From Candidatus Cloacimonadales bacterium (GTDB lineage: Bacteria; Cloacimonadota; Cloacimonadia; Cloacimonadales; DAONDQ01), in NCBI GenBank assembly GCA_963662275.1, contig OY759316.1, positions 3,040,001 to 3,104,000 of the forward strand: a DNA stretch of 64,000 nt, given 5' to 3'. Shown here one piece after another: positions 1-9,484 of the stretch. A program made the translations under genes and the position numbers. Numbering within the stretch: the first letter of the stretch is position 1; every line of letters begins with the position of its first letter. A model generated the notes under the pieces. The model was not told the origin of the DNA and ran no database searches. It was given only the letters and a program-made list of their open reading frames with translations.

Positions 1-192
1 ACTCTGAGGACTATAATTCTTGACGTTATGCAGGTAGACAAAATATGTTCTTACCTGTTCAATAGATAGTGTGCCGGGGTCTTGACCATAATATGATGCT
101 AAAGAAGTGACTTGTCTGATGTAATTGTATTTTGTCTCTCGGGACACGCCTCGAAGATCAAGGCACTCTAAAAAGCGAACTTCGTATGATTC

Positions 193-228
193 CATACTTA
201 CCTCCAGTTAATTTTGGGGGTAAGTATG
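193..228. terminator. Stem-loop, possible intrinsic terminator
   Basis: CATACTTACCTCCA...TGGGGGTAAGTATG inverted repeat followed by CTTTT on +. Confidence 0.35.
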
Positions 229-315
229 CTTTTAGTGAGGGTTCAGTATATCAATAGTTTAAATGCATGAAACACGAGTTTACTGCGAACGGTACTGCTG
301 CTTGCAGCTTCGTTC

Positions 316-578
316 AACAGCTTACAAAGCTATGGTACAGTCGGTGGCTACTCCTTCAGACTGTGAAAAGTTTACTTCAGTAAACTGAGAAACACTTATG
401 ACCCTAAAGTGTCCTTTACATAAGCAACGTAAACGAGGCTGCCACGATTCCTGAAGTAATCACCACATTCGTTGCATAAGATTGTATCTTGTTTTCTCCG
501 ATGGTTTGAAACCTCGGAGTCTTCCAGAGTTGTGGGATTCAATCCCAACAACATAACAGCTTACAAAGCTATGGTACA
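316..578. repeat. 24-bp exact direct repeat AACAGCTTACAAAGCTATGGTACA at 316-339 and 555-578
   Basis: Read directly. Contains a small AGCTT-ACA-AAGCT hairpin; the second copy lies 14 bp past the stop of ORF 593-1690. Confidence 0.85.
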
Positions 579-592
579 AGCATTCTGTAAAA

Positions 593-1690
593 TCAAGGGG
601 CAATCCTACACACTCGGAAGCCCAGAGCGGTGTCGTAGAAAGTCGCATTGATACCGCTCCGTCTTGAAAGGTGGCAATCGCCTAAATAGTAGGGAAAACT
701 ACCACCGCGGTACACACGACCAACCCCACTGACAGCACCATGGGGATTGGTCTGTGTACCGCCAGGATAATCACCCTCGATATCCCAATTCCATTCCCAG
801 ACGTTACCGCTCATATCAAAAAGACCCAACTCATTCGCAGTTTTTGTGCCAACTGTATGAGTCGTATTACCTGAATTCTCCCCGTACCAAGCTACTTCAT
901 TGATATCTTCGCTACCGCTATAGGCATAATTGTGCGTCGAGTTACCACCTCGAGCTGCAAATTCCCATTCAGCTTCAGAAGGAAGTCTATAGCCATTGGC
1001 TATCCAATTACAGAATTCATTGGTATGATTGCCATCGCTTGTATTCCACCCCGAAGGCCAGGTAGCAGGATTAGTACCATAAGTAAGATAACTGTAGCAT
1101 GGGGTCAGACCTTCGTTGATGCTCCGCTTGTTGCAATACTCAATCGCATCGAACCAAGATACCTGCTCCACAGGACCATTAACTACATTCGTAAACCAGG
1201 ATGGATTACTCCCCATCACTGCTTGATATTCGGCTTGCGTTAGCTCATATCTTTCCAGATAAAAGGATGATACTGTCACATTTGAAGTGCCGTTATTGAA
1301 TGTTCCACCGGTAACCATTACAAAGTCAGAAGGTATTTCACCATCATCAGCATAGACACGATACAGATAATTATTAGCATTCAAGGTGTAGCTTTCTGCA
1401 CCTGCATTCCAGATGATATGTTTACTCGTTCCTGCAGGCAGGTCATTGCCTATATCACCGCTGAGGTTGGCAGGACTGGGGACGATGTCATAGCTGGTAC
1501 CACCATTGGCAGAGACTCTAACTGTAATGTCGCATAAGTCATTATCTGCATCTGCCAGATCATAATGGATGTCCACGATCTTACTGCCATCGGTGCGCTG
1601 GCTGGCAGTAACATTGGAAACTATTGGAGCAATGGAATATATTCGGCTGTATATTGCTATAATAGCTATTAACAGTATTATGCGTTTCAT
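593..1690 (-). CDS. Secreted FGE-sulfatase (SUMF1/EgtB, C-type-lectin fold) domain protein with N-terminal Ig-like region
   Basis: Signal peptide; motifs YELTQAEY, PVEQVSWFDA, GYRLPSEAEWEFAARGG, NELGLFDMSGNVWEW, RVYRGGS, GFRV. Confidence 0.9.
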   Translation of the reverse strand: MKRIILLIAIIAIYSRIYSIAPIVSNVTASQRTDGSKIVDIHYDLADADNDLCDITVRVSANGGTSYDIVPSPANLSGDIGNDLPAGTSKHIIWNAGAESYTLNANNYLYRVYADDGEIPSDFVMVTGGTFNNGTSNVTVSSFYLERYELTQAEYQAVMGSNPSWFTNVVNGPVEQVSWFDAIEYCNKRSINEGLTPCYSYLTYGTNPATWPSGWNTSDGNHTNEFCNWIANGYRLPSEAEWEFAARGGNSTHNYAYSGSEDINEVAWYGENSGNTTHTVGTKTANELGLFDMSGNVWEWNWDIEGDYPGGTQTNPHGAVSGVGRVYRGGSFPYYLGDCHLSRRSGINATFYDTALGFRVCRIAP

Positions 1691-2448
1691 TCTGCACTTC
1701 TCTCAAGGGTCTGTAACGCATCTTTCCATAATAGTCGCTTTGTAAGAGCATTCTTTTCAAGCTCTTGAAGGCTTTCCTCACGGTAATTTTTATAGGCAAC
1801 AACTTTATAATACATTTGAGAGCGGAATTCTGCCACATCATGATGTGTATAAGTATTGGTGAAACTTCTACCGAGGAAATAATAGAACTGCGTCCCCTCA
1901 TATGGTGTTTCATTGTATAGCACGATATAGCCATCCGGCGCGATGGGAGTGCTGTAAATCGTCTGTGTGACCGGTTGCCAGGTGATAACTGCATCGAGAT
2001 TATTGGAAGTATCGATGTTTACTCCCAGGGGTGCAGAAGGTGGTACGTAGGTAATAGAAAAAGGAGAAGCAGAGGATTTTTGGGTGAAGTTGCCAAAGCT
2101 GTCACTAACCTTGATACGAACTTTGGTGTTGTAACTCTGAATGGATGGCATTGCCCAAGGGTAGCTGCCGCTATTTGTGATAGCTGACGCGATTGGTGTA
2201 TAGCTCGTTCCGCCATCCATCGTGTACCATAGATAAATGCTATTTGGGTTGAGATTGGTGTCAGTAGCAGTCCAGGTGATGTTATTAGTATCACCTATGT
2301 ACCAGGCTTCACCACCATTGGGAGCAAGAATAGTAAGAGATGGATCGACGTTATCATTTGCCACAGGTGCTGAAGTACCATATCCGATAAGCCCTGAGAG
2401 TCCGCCTGTAAGGATGAAAAACATACTGACCAGCAATAGTATTTTCAT
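1687..2448 (-). CDS. Secreted beta-sandwich (Ig/FN3-like) protein, coupled to the FGE gene
   Basis: GGAGG RBS before ATG at 2448; signal peptide; PNGGE..W...ITW repeat motif; 4-bp overlap with the next gene. Confidence 0.7.
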   Translation of the reverse strand: MKILLLVSMFFILTGGLSGLIGYGTSAPVANDNVDPSLTILAPNGGEAWYIGDTNNITWTATDTNLNPNSIYLWYTMDGGTSYTPIASAITNSGSYPWAMPSIQSYNTKVRIKVSDSFGNFTQKSSASPFSITYVPPSAPLGVNIDTSNNLDAVITWQPVTQTIYSTPIAPDGYIVLYNETPYEGTQFYYFLGRSFTNTYTHHDVAEFRSQMYYKVVAYKNYREESLQELEKNALTKRLLWKDALQTLERSAE

Positions 2449-2782
2449 TATTACCTCCAATTAAGTGAAATATTATAATTACAACGCCAATAAATGAAAA
2501 TATCTAATAGAATGTCAACATCTAAAGTGCACTTCGAAGCAATCGTTGGAGTTTACAAAAAAGCTAAGGCTTTGGAGTTCAATTGCCCTAACGGATTATC
2601 AATGAATACCTGGCTAATAGGGCAAATGGACTTCAAACTGACATTTTCATCTTCGGTAGCGAAAACAAGCAATTCATTACAAGTGGGAGAACTGCCACTC
2701 AATCACCGGATTAAAATCCAGTGTTAATATCTTTCTTCCCGATGGGAATCAGAAAAGAAATCCACCCTCATTCCTAAAGTGC

Positions 2783-2850
2783 ATTACGGTATCAATACGG
2801 TAGCATTACGGTAGCATTACGGTAAAAAACCGTATTAGTACCGTAATTGT
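2783..2850. repeat. 11-bp tandem repeat (ATTACGGTAGC-like x4) followed by inverted copies
   Basis: attacggtatc aatacggtagc attacggtagc attacggtaaa, then accgtattagt accgtaattgt. Confidence 0.75.
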
Positions 2851-2975
2851 ATAGTAATTGTACCACAGTATATTTAAGATTTAAGAAGGAGGATTGAAGA
2901 TTTTGCAGAGAAGAGAAGAAATGCCCCCCCTATACTTCGACTTCGCTCCCCTTCTCAAGGGGGGATGAAATTCAT

Positions 2976-3051
2976 TGTAGAGACGTGCAACTTGCGCGTC
3001 TCATTCCCCTACTCATTCAAATAGAGACGCCCAAGTTGGGCGTCTCTACAA
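2976..3051. repeat. Pair of GTAG-type REP-like palindromes
   Basis: GTAGAGACGTGCAACTTGCGCGTCTC and TAGAGACGCCCAAGTTGGGCGTCTCTAC. Confidence 0.7.
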
Positions 3052-3121
3052 ATTCTCCTTGTCACGAAAAGCCTGTTATTAAATATCAACCTATTGAAAT
3101 AACTTACAAAAAGGAATTGAT

Positions 3122-4300
3122 ATGAAAAAAGATGCAAAATTCACGACCCGACTGATTCATGCGGGTTTTCACGAAAATGAAGAACTGGCAGTAGTAACCC
3201 CGATCTATCAAACTTCCACATTTGCTTTCAAAAATGCCCAGCATGGTGCTGACCTCTTTGCCGGTGAAGGCGAAGGCTACATTTATACACGCTTGGGCAA
3301 TCCTACTATCCGTGCTTTGGAAGATGCTGTTGCTAATCTCGAAGGCGGTTTCGGCGGTATTGCTGTTGCTTCCGGAATGGCTGCAGTAACCACGATTTAT
3401 ATGGGCTTACTGGGAGCAGGAAGTCATATTGTTTCCACAGATGCTGTCTATGGTGCATCCCGAGGCGCATTGGAAAAACATTTTCCCCGTTTTGGCGTGG
3501 AAGCTACTTTTGTTGATACTTCCAATATCGCTTTGATCGAACCTGCCATCAAACCGAATACAAAGGTTCTCTTCATCGAAACGCCAGCGAATCCCACCAT
3601 TGCCATCACCGATATCGCAGCCTGTGCTGAGATCGCTCACCGTCATGGCTTGAAACTGGTTGTGGATAACACATTCTGTTCACCATATCTGCAAAGACCA
3701 CTTGAACTCGGTGCTGACATCGTTTTCCATTCCATCACTAAATTCATCAATGGTCATGCGGATGTCGTCGGTGGCATTATCGTTACTAAAACAGAAGAAG
3801 ATTACAAGTACTTATACAATGTCATGACTACCATGGGACCAAACATGGATCCGCACCAGGCGTACCTGGTCAGCCGTGGACTCAAGACTTTAGCCATCCG
3901 TATGGAAAGAGCGCAGGAAAATGCCATGAAGATCGCAGAATATCTTGAGAAACACCCCAAGATCGCTTGGGTTCGTTACCCCGGGTTAAAATCACATCCT
4001 CAATTTGAACTGGCGAAACGTCAGATGAGCGGTTCCGGCGCTATGATTTCTTTCGGTCTCAAAGGTGGCTTTGAAGCTGGCAGAATCTTGATGGATAATG
4101 TGCATATTGCTGAACTTGCAGTATCATTGGGTGGAATTGAAACTCTCATCCAGCATCCTGCTTCCATGACCCATGCGAAAGTTTCTAAAGAAGCCAAGCT
4201 CCTTGCCAATATCACAGATGATCTTGTACGTTATTCTGTCGGTATCGAAGATGCCGATGACCTGATCCAGGATTTGGATGAAGCGTTAGCGTTGATATAA
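3122..4300 (+). CDS. megL: PLP-dependent methionine gamma-lyase (Cys/Met metabolism family)
   Basis: YIYTRLGNPT, ETPANPT, DNTF, SITKFINGHADV (PLP lysine), AVSLGGIETLIQHPASMTH. Confidence 0.85.
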   Translation: MKKDAKFTTRLIHAGFHENEELAVVTPIYQTSTFAFKNAQHGADLFAGEGEGYIYTRLGNPTIRALEDAVANLEGGFGGIAVASGMAAVTTIYMGLLGAGSHIVSTDAVYGASRGALEKHFPRFGVEATFVDTSNIALIEPAIKPNTKVLFIETPANPTIAITDIAACAEIAHRHGLKLVVDNTFCSPYLQRPLELGADIVFHSITKFINGHADVVGGIIVTKTEEDYKYLYNVMTTMGPNMDPHQAYLVSRGLKTLAIRMERAQENAMKIAEYLEKHPKIAWVRYPGLKSHPQFELAKRQMSGSGAMISFGLKGGFEAGRILMDNVHIAELAVSLGGIETLIQHPASMTHAKVSKEAKLLANITDDLVRYSVGIEDADDLIQDLDEALALI

Positions 4301-4307
4301 GAACGCT

Positions 4308-4358
4308 GTCCGGAACGCCGATTTCTTATCGGCGTGCGAGGCGAATTCCTTTCGCCTC
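4308..4358 (+). repeat. REP-like double-hairpin element downstream of RAYT
   Basis: Near-exact reverse complement of 5063-5113 and 5139-5188. Confidence 0.85.
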
Positions 4359-4412
4359 CTCCCCTCTGCAGTATGTTTTTTTTGGGGCGAATTCTTTTCG
4401 CCCCTCTTTCTT

Positions 4413-5036
4413 TTACAGCTCACAAACCCAACTCCATTTCCACTCACTAGCTTCTTTAACAAGTCCCGCCTTCACCGGATTCAACAGAATATAATTTGTA
4501 ATATTCAACATTTCAGTTTCACTTCTCGCACAATAATCATAGTATTCTCTCTGCCAAAATCTGCCTTCACTACCTATAATTCTATTAATTTCACGTGTTG
4601 TTATGCTTTTGATCTTTTTTACAATGAAAGCCATTTCATGTGGTTCACCAGATTCTCTGTTCAGGATGCGGAAAAGAATATGCACATGATTCGGCATGAT
4701 CGTATAACAGAAAAGATTATAAAGAGTGCCGTCGAATTCATGAAGAGTATCAGCGAAAATCTGAGAAATATCAGAATTTGAGAGGAAATTATTTTTAAGG
4801 TCGCTTTTACATAACAGGGAATCATAGAAGGCGAATATCTTTTTTTGGCGAACGTTTTGGTAATCTGAGCGGTCTTTGGTAGTTTTTGAGATTTGTAATT
4901 TGTAATCGTTGAATTGTCTGATTATTTCATTTGGCATTGTCTCTGATAATCTGAAAGTGAGAAAGAGTGTTGCGTCTTTGGGTTGGATATGAGGAATTCG
5001 ACGCCAGTAGTACTTGGTTTCGTCGTTATCTAACAT
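4413..5036 (-). mobile_element. REP-associated tyrosine (HUH, Y1) transposase, RAYT
   Basis: FLTFRL, MPNHVHIL (HUH), FWQREYYD, YILLNPVKAGLV, WKWS; AAGGAG RBS before ATG at 5036; flanked by inverted REPs. Confidence 0.85.
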
Positions 5037-5062
5037 AGTGATCTCCTTTATACCAGAAAAGA

Positions 5063-5188
5063 GAGGCGAAAGGAATTCGCCTCGCACGCCGATGAGGAAT
5101 CGGCGTTCCGGACATTTTGCATTCGATTGCAGAGAAGAGAGGCGAAAGGAATTCGCCTCGCACGCCGATGAGGAATCAGCGTTCCGGA
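5063..5188 (-). repeat. Two tandem REP-like copies upstream of RAYT (5063-5113, 5139-5188)
   Basis: GAGGCGAAAGGAATTCGCCTCGCACGCCGATGAGGAATCRGCGTTCCGGA x2. Confidence 0.85.
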
Positions 5189-5189
5189 T

Positions 5190-7745
5190 CTACATCTTTA
5201 CTATCTTCTTACATACAATTCTGTTATTAGCTGAAACACGAACTATATACACCCCTATAGCCACTTCCCTATGATTCTCATCCTTTCCATTCCACAATAC
5301 ATCTATCTGTTGAGATTTGGTTTCAGGAAAATGATAAACTTGCTGCCCTCGAATATTATAAATATCGATATTTGAAATGCCTTTATCGGAATTCGCAAGT
5401 TGAATCCTGCATTGTGAATGAAATGGATTAGGAAACACGGATAATGTAGGAAAAGGTTGAGGAATAGAAATATCTTCATTACCCACATATCCCCCATCAG
5501 AAATGACCTTGAACTCATCCAAGGCAAACATACAGCAATCATAAGAAACACATTGCACTGCAATCAAAATATCCTGACCATCATACATAGATAGGTCATA
5601 TGAATACTCTATCCAATGATCAGGAGCCTGTAGATACGGTTCATCGCTGATCATTTGAAATGAATCCGGATCTGCAAGATTTGTTGATATCCCCACTCTG
5701 AAGCGCTCAGCACCGTATTCAGTAGAAAGTGAACGCGCTTGAAAAGTGAGAATTGAACCTGTTCCCATGTGTAATTTAGGAGTAATCAGCCAATCATTGT
5801 TGGGCGGTGGGGAATCAGGAAAGACAGCCAGGTACTGTTGTCCCTCAAATGCTTCAACATCATTGAAGATTGGATTACACTCTCCTGGATTGAACACTAT
5901 GAAAGCTGAAGGTTCCTCTTCATTGGGAAAATCGGTTGTTGGCAGACCGAATGTATCATGCTGATCAATATCAAGATCGAACCAGGGGACAGATACTCTT
6001 ATAAAAGAATCGTACATTTCAAAACCATCATAAAAAAGCGGTTCTTCAGTAAACAGACAGTTCAGGCTTGTGGAGGCACTGGTTGCTGATTCCGAGCCAC
6101 TTTCATTTAAAGCAGTTATGAAATAGGAGTAATTCTGTCCCTGGACGACCGAAGCATCATTATACTCTGAGATAATGCTTGTTCCCAATAAATGATTATT
6201 CCGGTAGACCTTATATCCTGTAGGAATGTAAGAAGTAGGAGCAGTCCATTGGAGATGAATAATATTGCCTACAACCTGCGCTGAAGGATTTCCTGGAGGC
6301 TCGATTGATAAAGAACTTTCCATCATGATTCTTAAGTCATCAATAAATAGATCGCAGTCCTGGTTGGATACAGTTGATTCACCATAAAAACCAATGCGGA
6401 ATATACCTGCAGGTAATGATAGAGAGATGTTATTATCGATTGGCAGGGGATCTTCAACAGTCCATTCATGCAAGGCACTTGCTGTTGAAAGAGTTGCGTT
6501 TGTCCCTGGAAATAAAACCAGCTTAAATGAATCATCAACACCCAACTGCCCCTGGTTTGTGGAATTCCAGTTTGTTAAAAGTGCTTGAAAAGAAATGACT
6601 GCTTGTGTTCCAATCACACCGGATAGAGGGGGGGAAATCAGCCAGTGAAAGCAGTCACGTCCATATATATTCAATTTGGCTGAACCGTTGGGAGAGTTTG
6701 ACTGGTTTCCAAAACAATCCCAATTCCATCCATGTGTAGTGGGAACAAGCGATGCGTTAAGCTGATACAAACCTTCCATTCTAAGCCATTGATCAGGGGG
6801 AAAGGCATTTAAATCGTAACACTCCAGGAAAGGAATGCCCATACCAATCGTACTACCTGTCGTAAAATGCCAGATTGGACTTTCAACAGTTTGCGCACCA
6901 TAATGGGCACGGATTTGCCACCAATAAGTCGTATTCGCTAGTAAAAGATTACTACTCGACCAGCTTTCAACGGTTAATGAAGAAGCTTGCACTGACAATT
7001 GATCTGATTGTTGACCAATTAGTAAATCATAATTATCTGCACTACATGTCCATGTGAATTGAGGCAGCAATTCTACGAATTCTGCTACATTGGCAGGATA
7101 TGGATTAGATGGAGGAGGGAAATCCGTTATCATTTGCAACCTGATATTCGCAATATAGAATCTTGGATTAGAGGAATTTGCACTTGGAGGTGAAGCAGGA
7201 TCAGGATTGATTGTATCATTATGATATTCGATACTTTGAGCCCTATTCGCTTGAGAACATATGAATTTATCTGATAAGATTGTACAACCTGGTTGATTCT
7301 CATCAAAAGCAATAATCAAATTATGGATATTATCGTAATCAAAATTTGTAGTAAGAGGAATAGATACCCACCCATCTCCGGGTGGACCAATAGAAAAGTT
7401 GGATACATCCCAATTCCCATCAAATACAAGTTGCAATGAATCCAAGGGAAACCAATCTGAATTTGATTGAAAACAAGTTCGATCCGAAAGCCCCATATAT
7501 ATTTTTAATTGGTTTACATTACTCATAAAATTATTCGAAACGATATGATATGGGTAGCAAATCTGAGTTATCATGCCATTCTGATTGATTTCAGATCTAT
7601 TATAAATAACTTGTGAATAAGAATAATGATAGGGAGCATCAAACGGCAAAGGTTGATTATTTATCTGTCCCGTTCCGATACTGATAGTAATCGCACTAAT
7701 TGATAATTGAAATAAAACCAGGAAAAAAATTAAAACCCATTTCAT
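5190..7745 (-). CDS. Secreted protein with FN3 and cleaved-adhesin/choice-of-anchor J-like domains and a C-terminal FlgD/T9SS-like sorting tail
   Basis: Signal peptide; NNDWLITP...AERFRVGIST; FPNPF...IDIYNIRGQQV...WNGKD...GVY tail. Confidence 0.8.
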   Translation of the reverse strand: MKWVLIFFLVLFQLSISAITISIGTGQINNQPLPFDAPYHYSYSQVIYNRSEINQNGMITQICYPYHIVSNNFMSNVNQLKIYMGLSDRTCFQSNSDWFPLDSLQLVFDGNWDVSNFSIGPPGDGWVSIPLTTNFDYDNIHNLIIAFDENQPGCTILSDKFICSQANRAQSIEYHNDTINPDPASPPSANSSNPRFYIANIRLQMITDFPPPSNPYPANVAEFVELLPQFTWTCSADNYDLLIGQQSDQLSVQASSLTVESWSSSNLLLANTTYWWQIRAHYGAQTVESPIWHFTTGSTIGMGIPFLECYDLNAFPPDQWLRMEGLYQLNASLVPTTHGWNWDCFGNQSNSPNGSAKLNIYGRDCFHWLISPPLSGVIGTQAVISFQALLTNWNSTNQGQLGVDDSFKLVLFPGTNATLSTASALHEWTVEDPLPIDNNISLSLPAGIFRIGFYGESTVSNQDCDLFIDDLRIMMESSLSIEPPGNPSAQVVGNIIHLQWTAPTSYIPTGYKVYRNNHLLGTSIISEYNDASVVQGQNYSYFITALNESGSESATSASTSLNCLFTEEPLFYDGFEMYDSFIRVSVPWFDLDIDQHDTFGLPTTDFPNEEEPSAFIVFNPGECNPIFNDVEAFEGQQYLAVFPDSPPPNNDWLITPKLHMGTGSILTFQARSLSTEYGAERFRVGISTNLADPDSFQMISDEPYLQAPDHWIEYSYDLSMYDGQDILIAVQCVSYDCCMFALDEFKVISDGGYVGNEDISIPQPFPTLSVFPNPFHSQCRIQLANSDKGISNIDIYNIRGQQVYHFPETKSQQIDVLWNGKDENHREVAIGVYIVRVSANNRIVCKKIVKM

Positions 7746-7878
7746 AGATCACACTCCGTTTATATATTATCCCGTTTAATCAAAAAATAAACAAAATGTA
7801 TGGAAAGTCAAGAAATAATCTTTACTAAGTTAAGACTATTATTCAAAATAGTCTGGATAAAAATAAGATGAGGTTTGA

Positions 7879-8904
7879 TTGGCAAAACAGATACGCATCC
7901 TATTCATTGCTGATACGCATTTGGGATTCGATTATACTTTCAATGCACGGATAGAGCGAAGGCGTCGAGGCAATGATTTTTTTGGAAATTATGAATTAGC
8001 ACTTCAGCCAGCTTTTAAAAAAAAAGTTGATATCGTTGTACATGGCGGTGATTTGCTTTTTCGTAGTAAAGTGCCTTCTAAGCTTGTCTGGATGGCATTT
8101 CAGCCTCTTCTTAAAATCGCTGATCTTGGAATTCCTATTTATCTTGTTCCTGGGAATCACGAACGATCCGCAATTCCATATGAACTTCTAGGGGCACATC
8201 CGCTTATACATATTTTCAGGGAACCTCAGACATATCTCTGGCAAAAAGATGATATCCGTTTTGCATTCAGCGGTTTTCCTTGCGACCGCGATGAGGTCCG
8301 TGATAATTTTCGTTCACTTCTATCTGAAACTCAATGGAACGAAGTACCTGCAGAATATCGTTTTCTTTGCCTGCACCAAGCTGTTGAAGGAGCTCAAGTA
8401 GGGGTACAAAACTACACTTTTCGTTACAATTCAGATGTGATAAAGGGTAATGATCTCCCTCCAGAATTTACGGCTACTTTGACCGGGCATATTCATCGGG
8501 CACAAGTATTATCATATGATCTGCAAGGTAATCCGCTCCCCTGCCCTGTTTTTTATCCCGGTTCTATCGAAAGAACTGATTTTGCTGAAATGAATGAACA
8601 AAAAGGTTACTATATTCTCAAGATAGATCCTCAGCTAACTCCTCCATTATCATATGAGTTTATCGAATTGCCTACGAGACCTATGTTCAAAATTGAAGTT
8701 CCTGCAAGTATCGCGACTGAAATCGAGATGGAGACTTTTATCAGGGAGTCTGTGGAGAATTTACCTCCAGATGCAATTATCAAATATCGTTTCAGTCAGA
8801 GTATGGATATCTCATATTTTCCTTGTCTTCATGCTAATAATATGAGAGAAGTAATTCCTGGAACCATGAATTACGAAATCTCAACCAGGAGAAATTATGC
8901 TTAA
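7879..8904 (+). CDS. SbcD/Mre11-like calcineurin-fold metallophosphoesterase (DNA repair exonuclease family)
   Basis: ADTHLG, GGDL, PGNHE, LHQ, GHIH, YPGSIER motifs; TTG start. Confidence 0.8.
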   Translation: MAKQIRILFIADTHLGFDYTFNARIERRRRGNDFFGNYELALQPAFKKKVDIVVHGGDLLFRSKVPSKLVWMAFQPLLKIADLGIPIYLVPGNHERSAIPYELLGAHPLIHIFREPQTYLWQKDDIRFAFSGFPCDRDEVRDNFRSLLSETQWNEVPAEYRFLCLHQAVEGAQVGVQNYTFRYNSDVIKGNDLPPEFTATLTGHIHRAQVLSYDLQGNPLPCPVFYPGSIERTDFAEMNEQKGYYILKIDPQLTPPLSYEFIELPTRPMFKIEVPASIATEIEMETFIRESVENLPPDAIIKYRFSQSMDISYFPCLHANNMREVIPGTMNYEISTRRNYA

Positions 8905-9484
8905 GAAACTGGACATTGCTGATGAAAAACCTTCCTTTTCGAATCCTGTACTTAGTTCCCTTTCGGAAATACTATCATTAAAATTCCTCTTTCGCCAAGG
9001 TTGGTTACAAAAAGGTTTATCAAAAGGTCTGTGTGAATCAGTAGCTGATCATAGTTTCAGCACAGCAATGATGGCTTGGATTCTAGCTATGGAGTATTTT
9101 CCTGAATTGGATGCATCTAAAGTCCTGCAATTAGCCATAATGCATGAGATCGGTGAAATTTATGCTGGAGATATTACTCCATCTGATGCTATTTCGAATT
9201 CAGATAAGCATAATTTGGAAAAGGATTCAGTGTACAAAGTCCTTGAGAAGCTATCGAAGGGTTCACATTTGATTGCAATTTGGGATGAATTTGAAACAGG
9301 CAATACATTAGAAGCTGATTTTGTGAGGCAAATAGATAAACTTGAAATGTCATTCCAAGCTCTGCATTATGAAGCAGCCACAGGTATGGATGTACATACA
9401 TTTATTGAGAGCACTGATAAGGTGATTACCAGTGAAAAGTTAAGGGAGATTTGGCAGGAGGTGCTAGGTGCTAGGTGCAAGTAA
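8897..9484 (+). CDS. HD-domain hydrolase (YfbR/HDDC2-like 5'-deoxynucleotidase)
   Basis: RQGW, ESVADHS, MHEIGEIYAGDITP, DKLEM; note HE replaces HD. Confidence 0.75.
   Translation: MLKKLDIADEKPSFSNPVLSSLSEILSLKFLFRQGWLQKGLSKGLCESVADHSFSTAMMAWILAMEYFPELDASKVLQLAIMHEIGEIYAGDITPSDAISNSDKHNLEKDSVYKVLEKLSKGSHLIAIWDEFETGNTLEADFVRQIDKLEMSFQALHYEAATGMDVHTFIESTDKVITSEKLREIWQEVLGARCK

Noticed and set aside
1..592. DGR template repeat downstream of the FGE gene
   Set aside because: No AAC-rich copy of the gene's 3' end is visible here or elsewhere in the window by eye.
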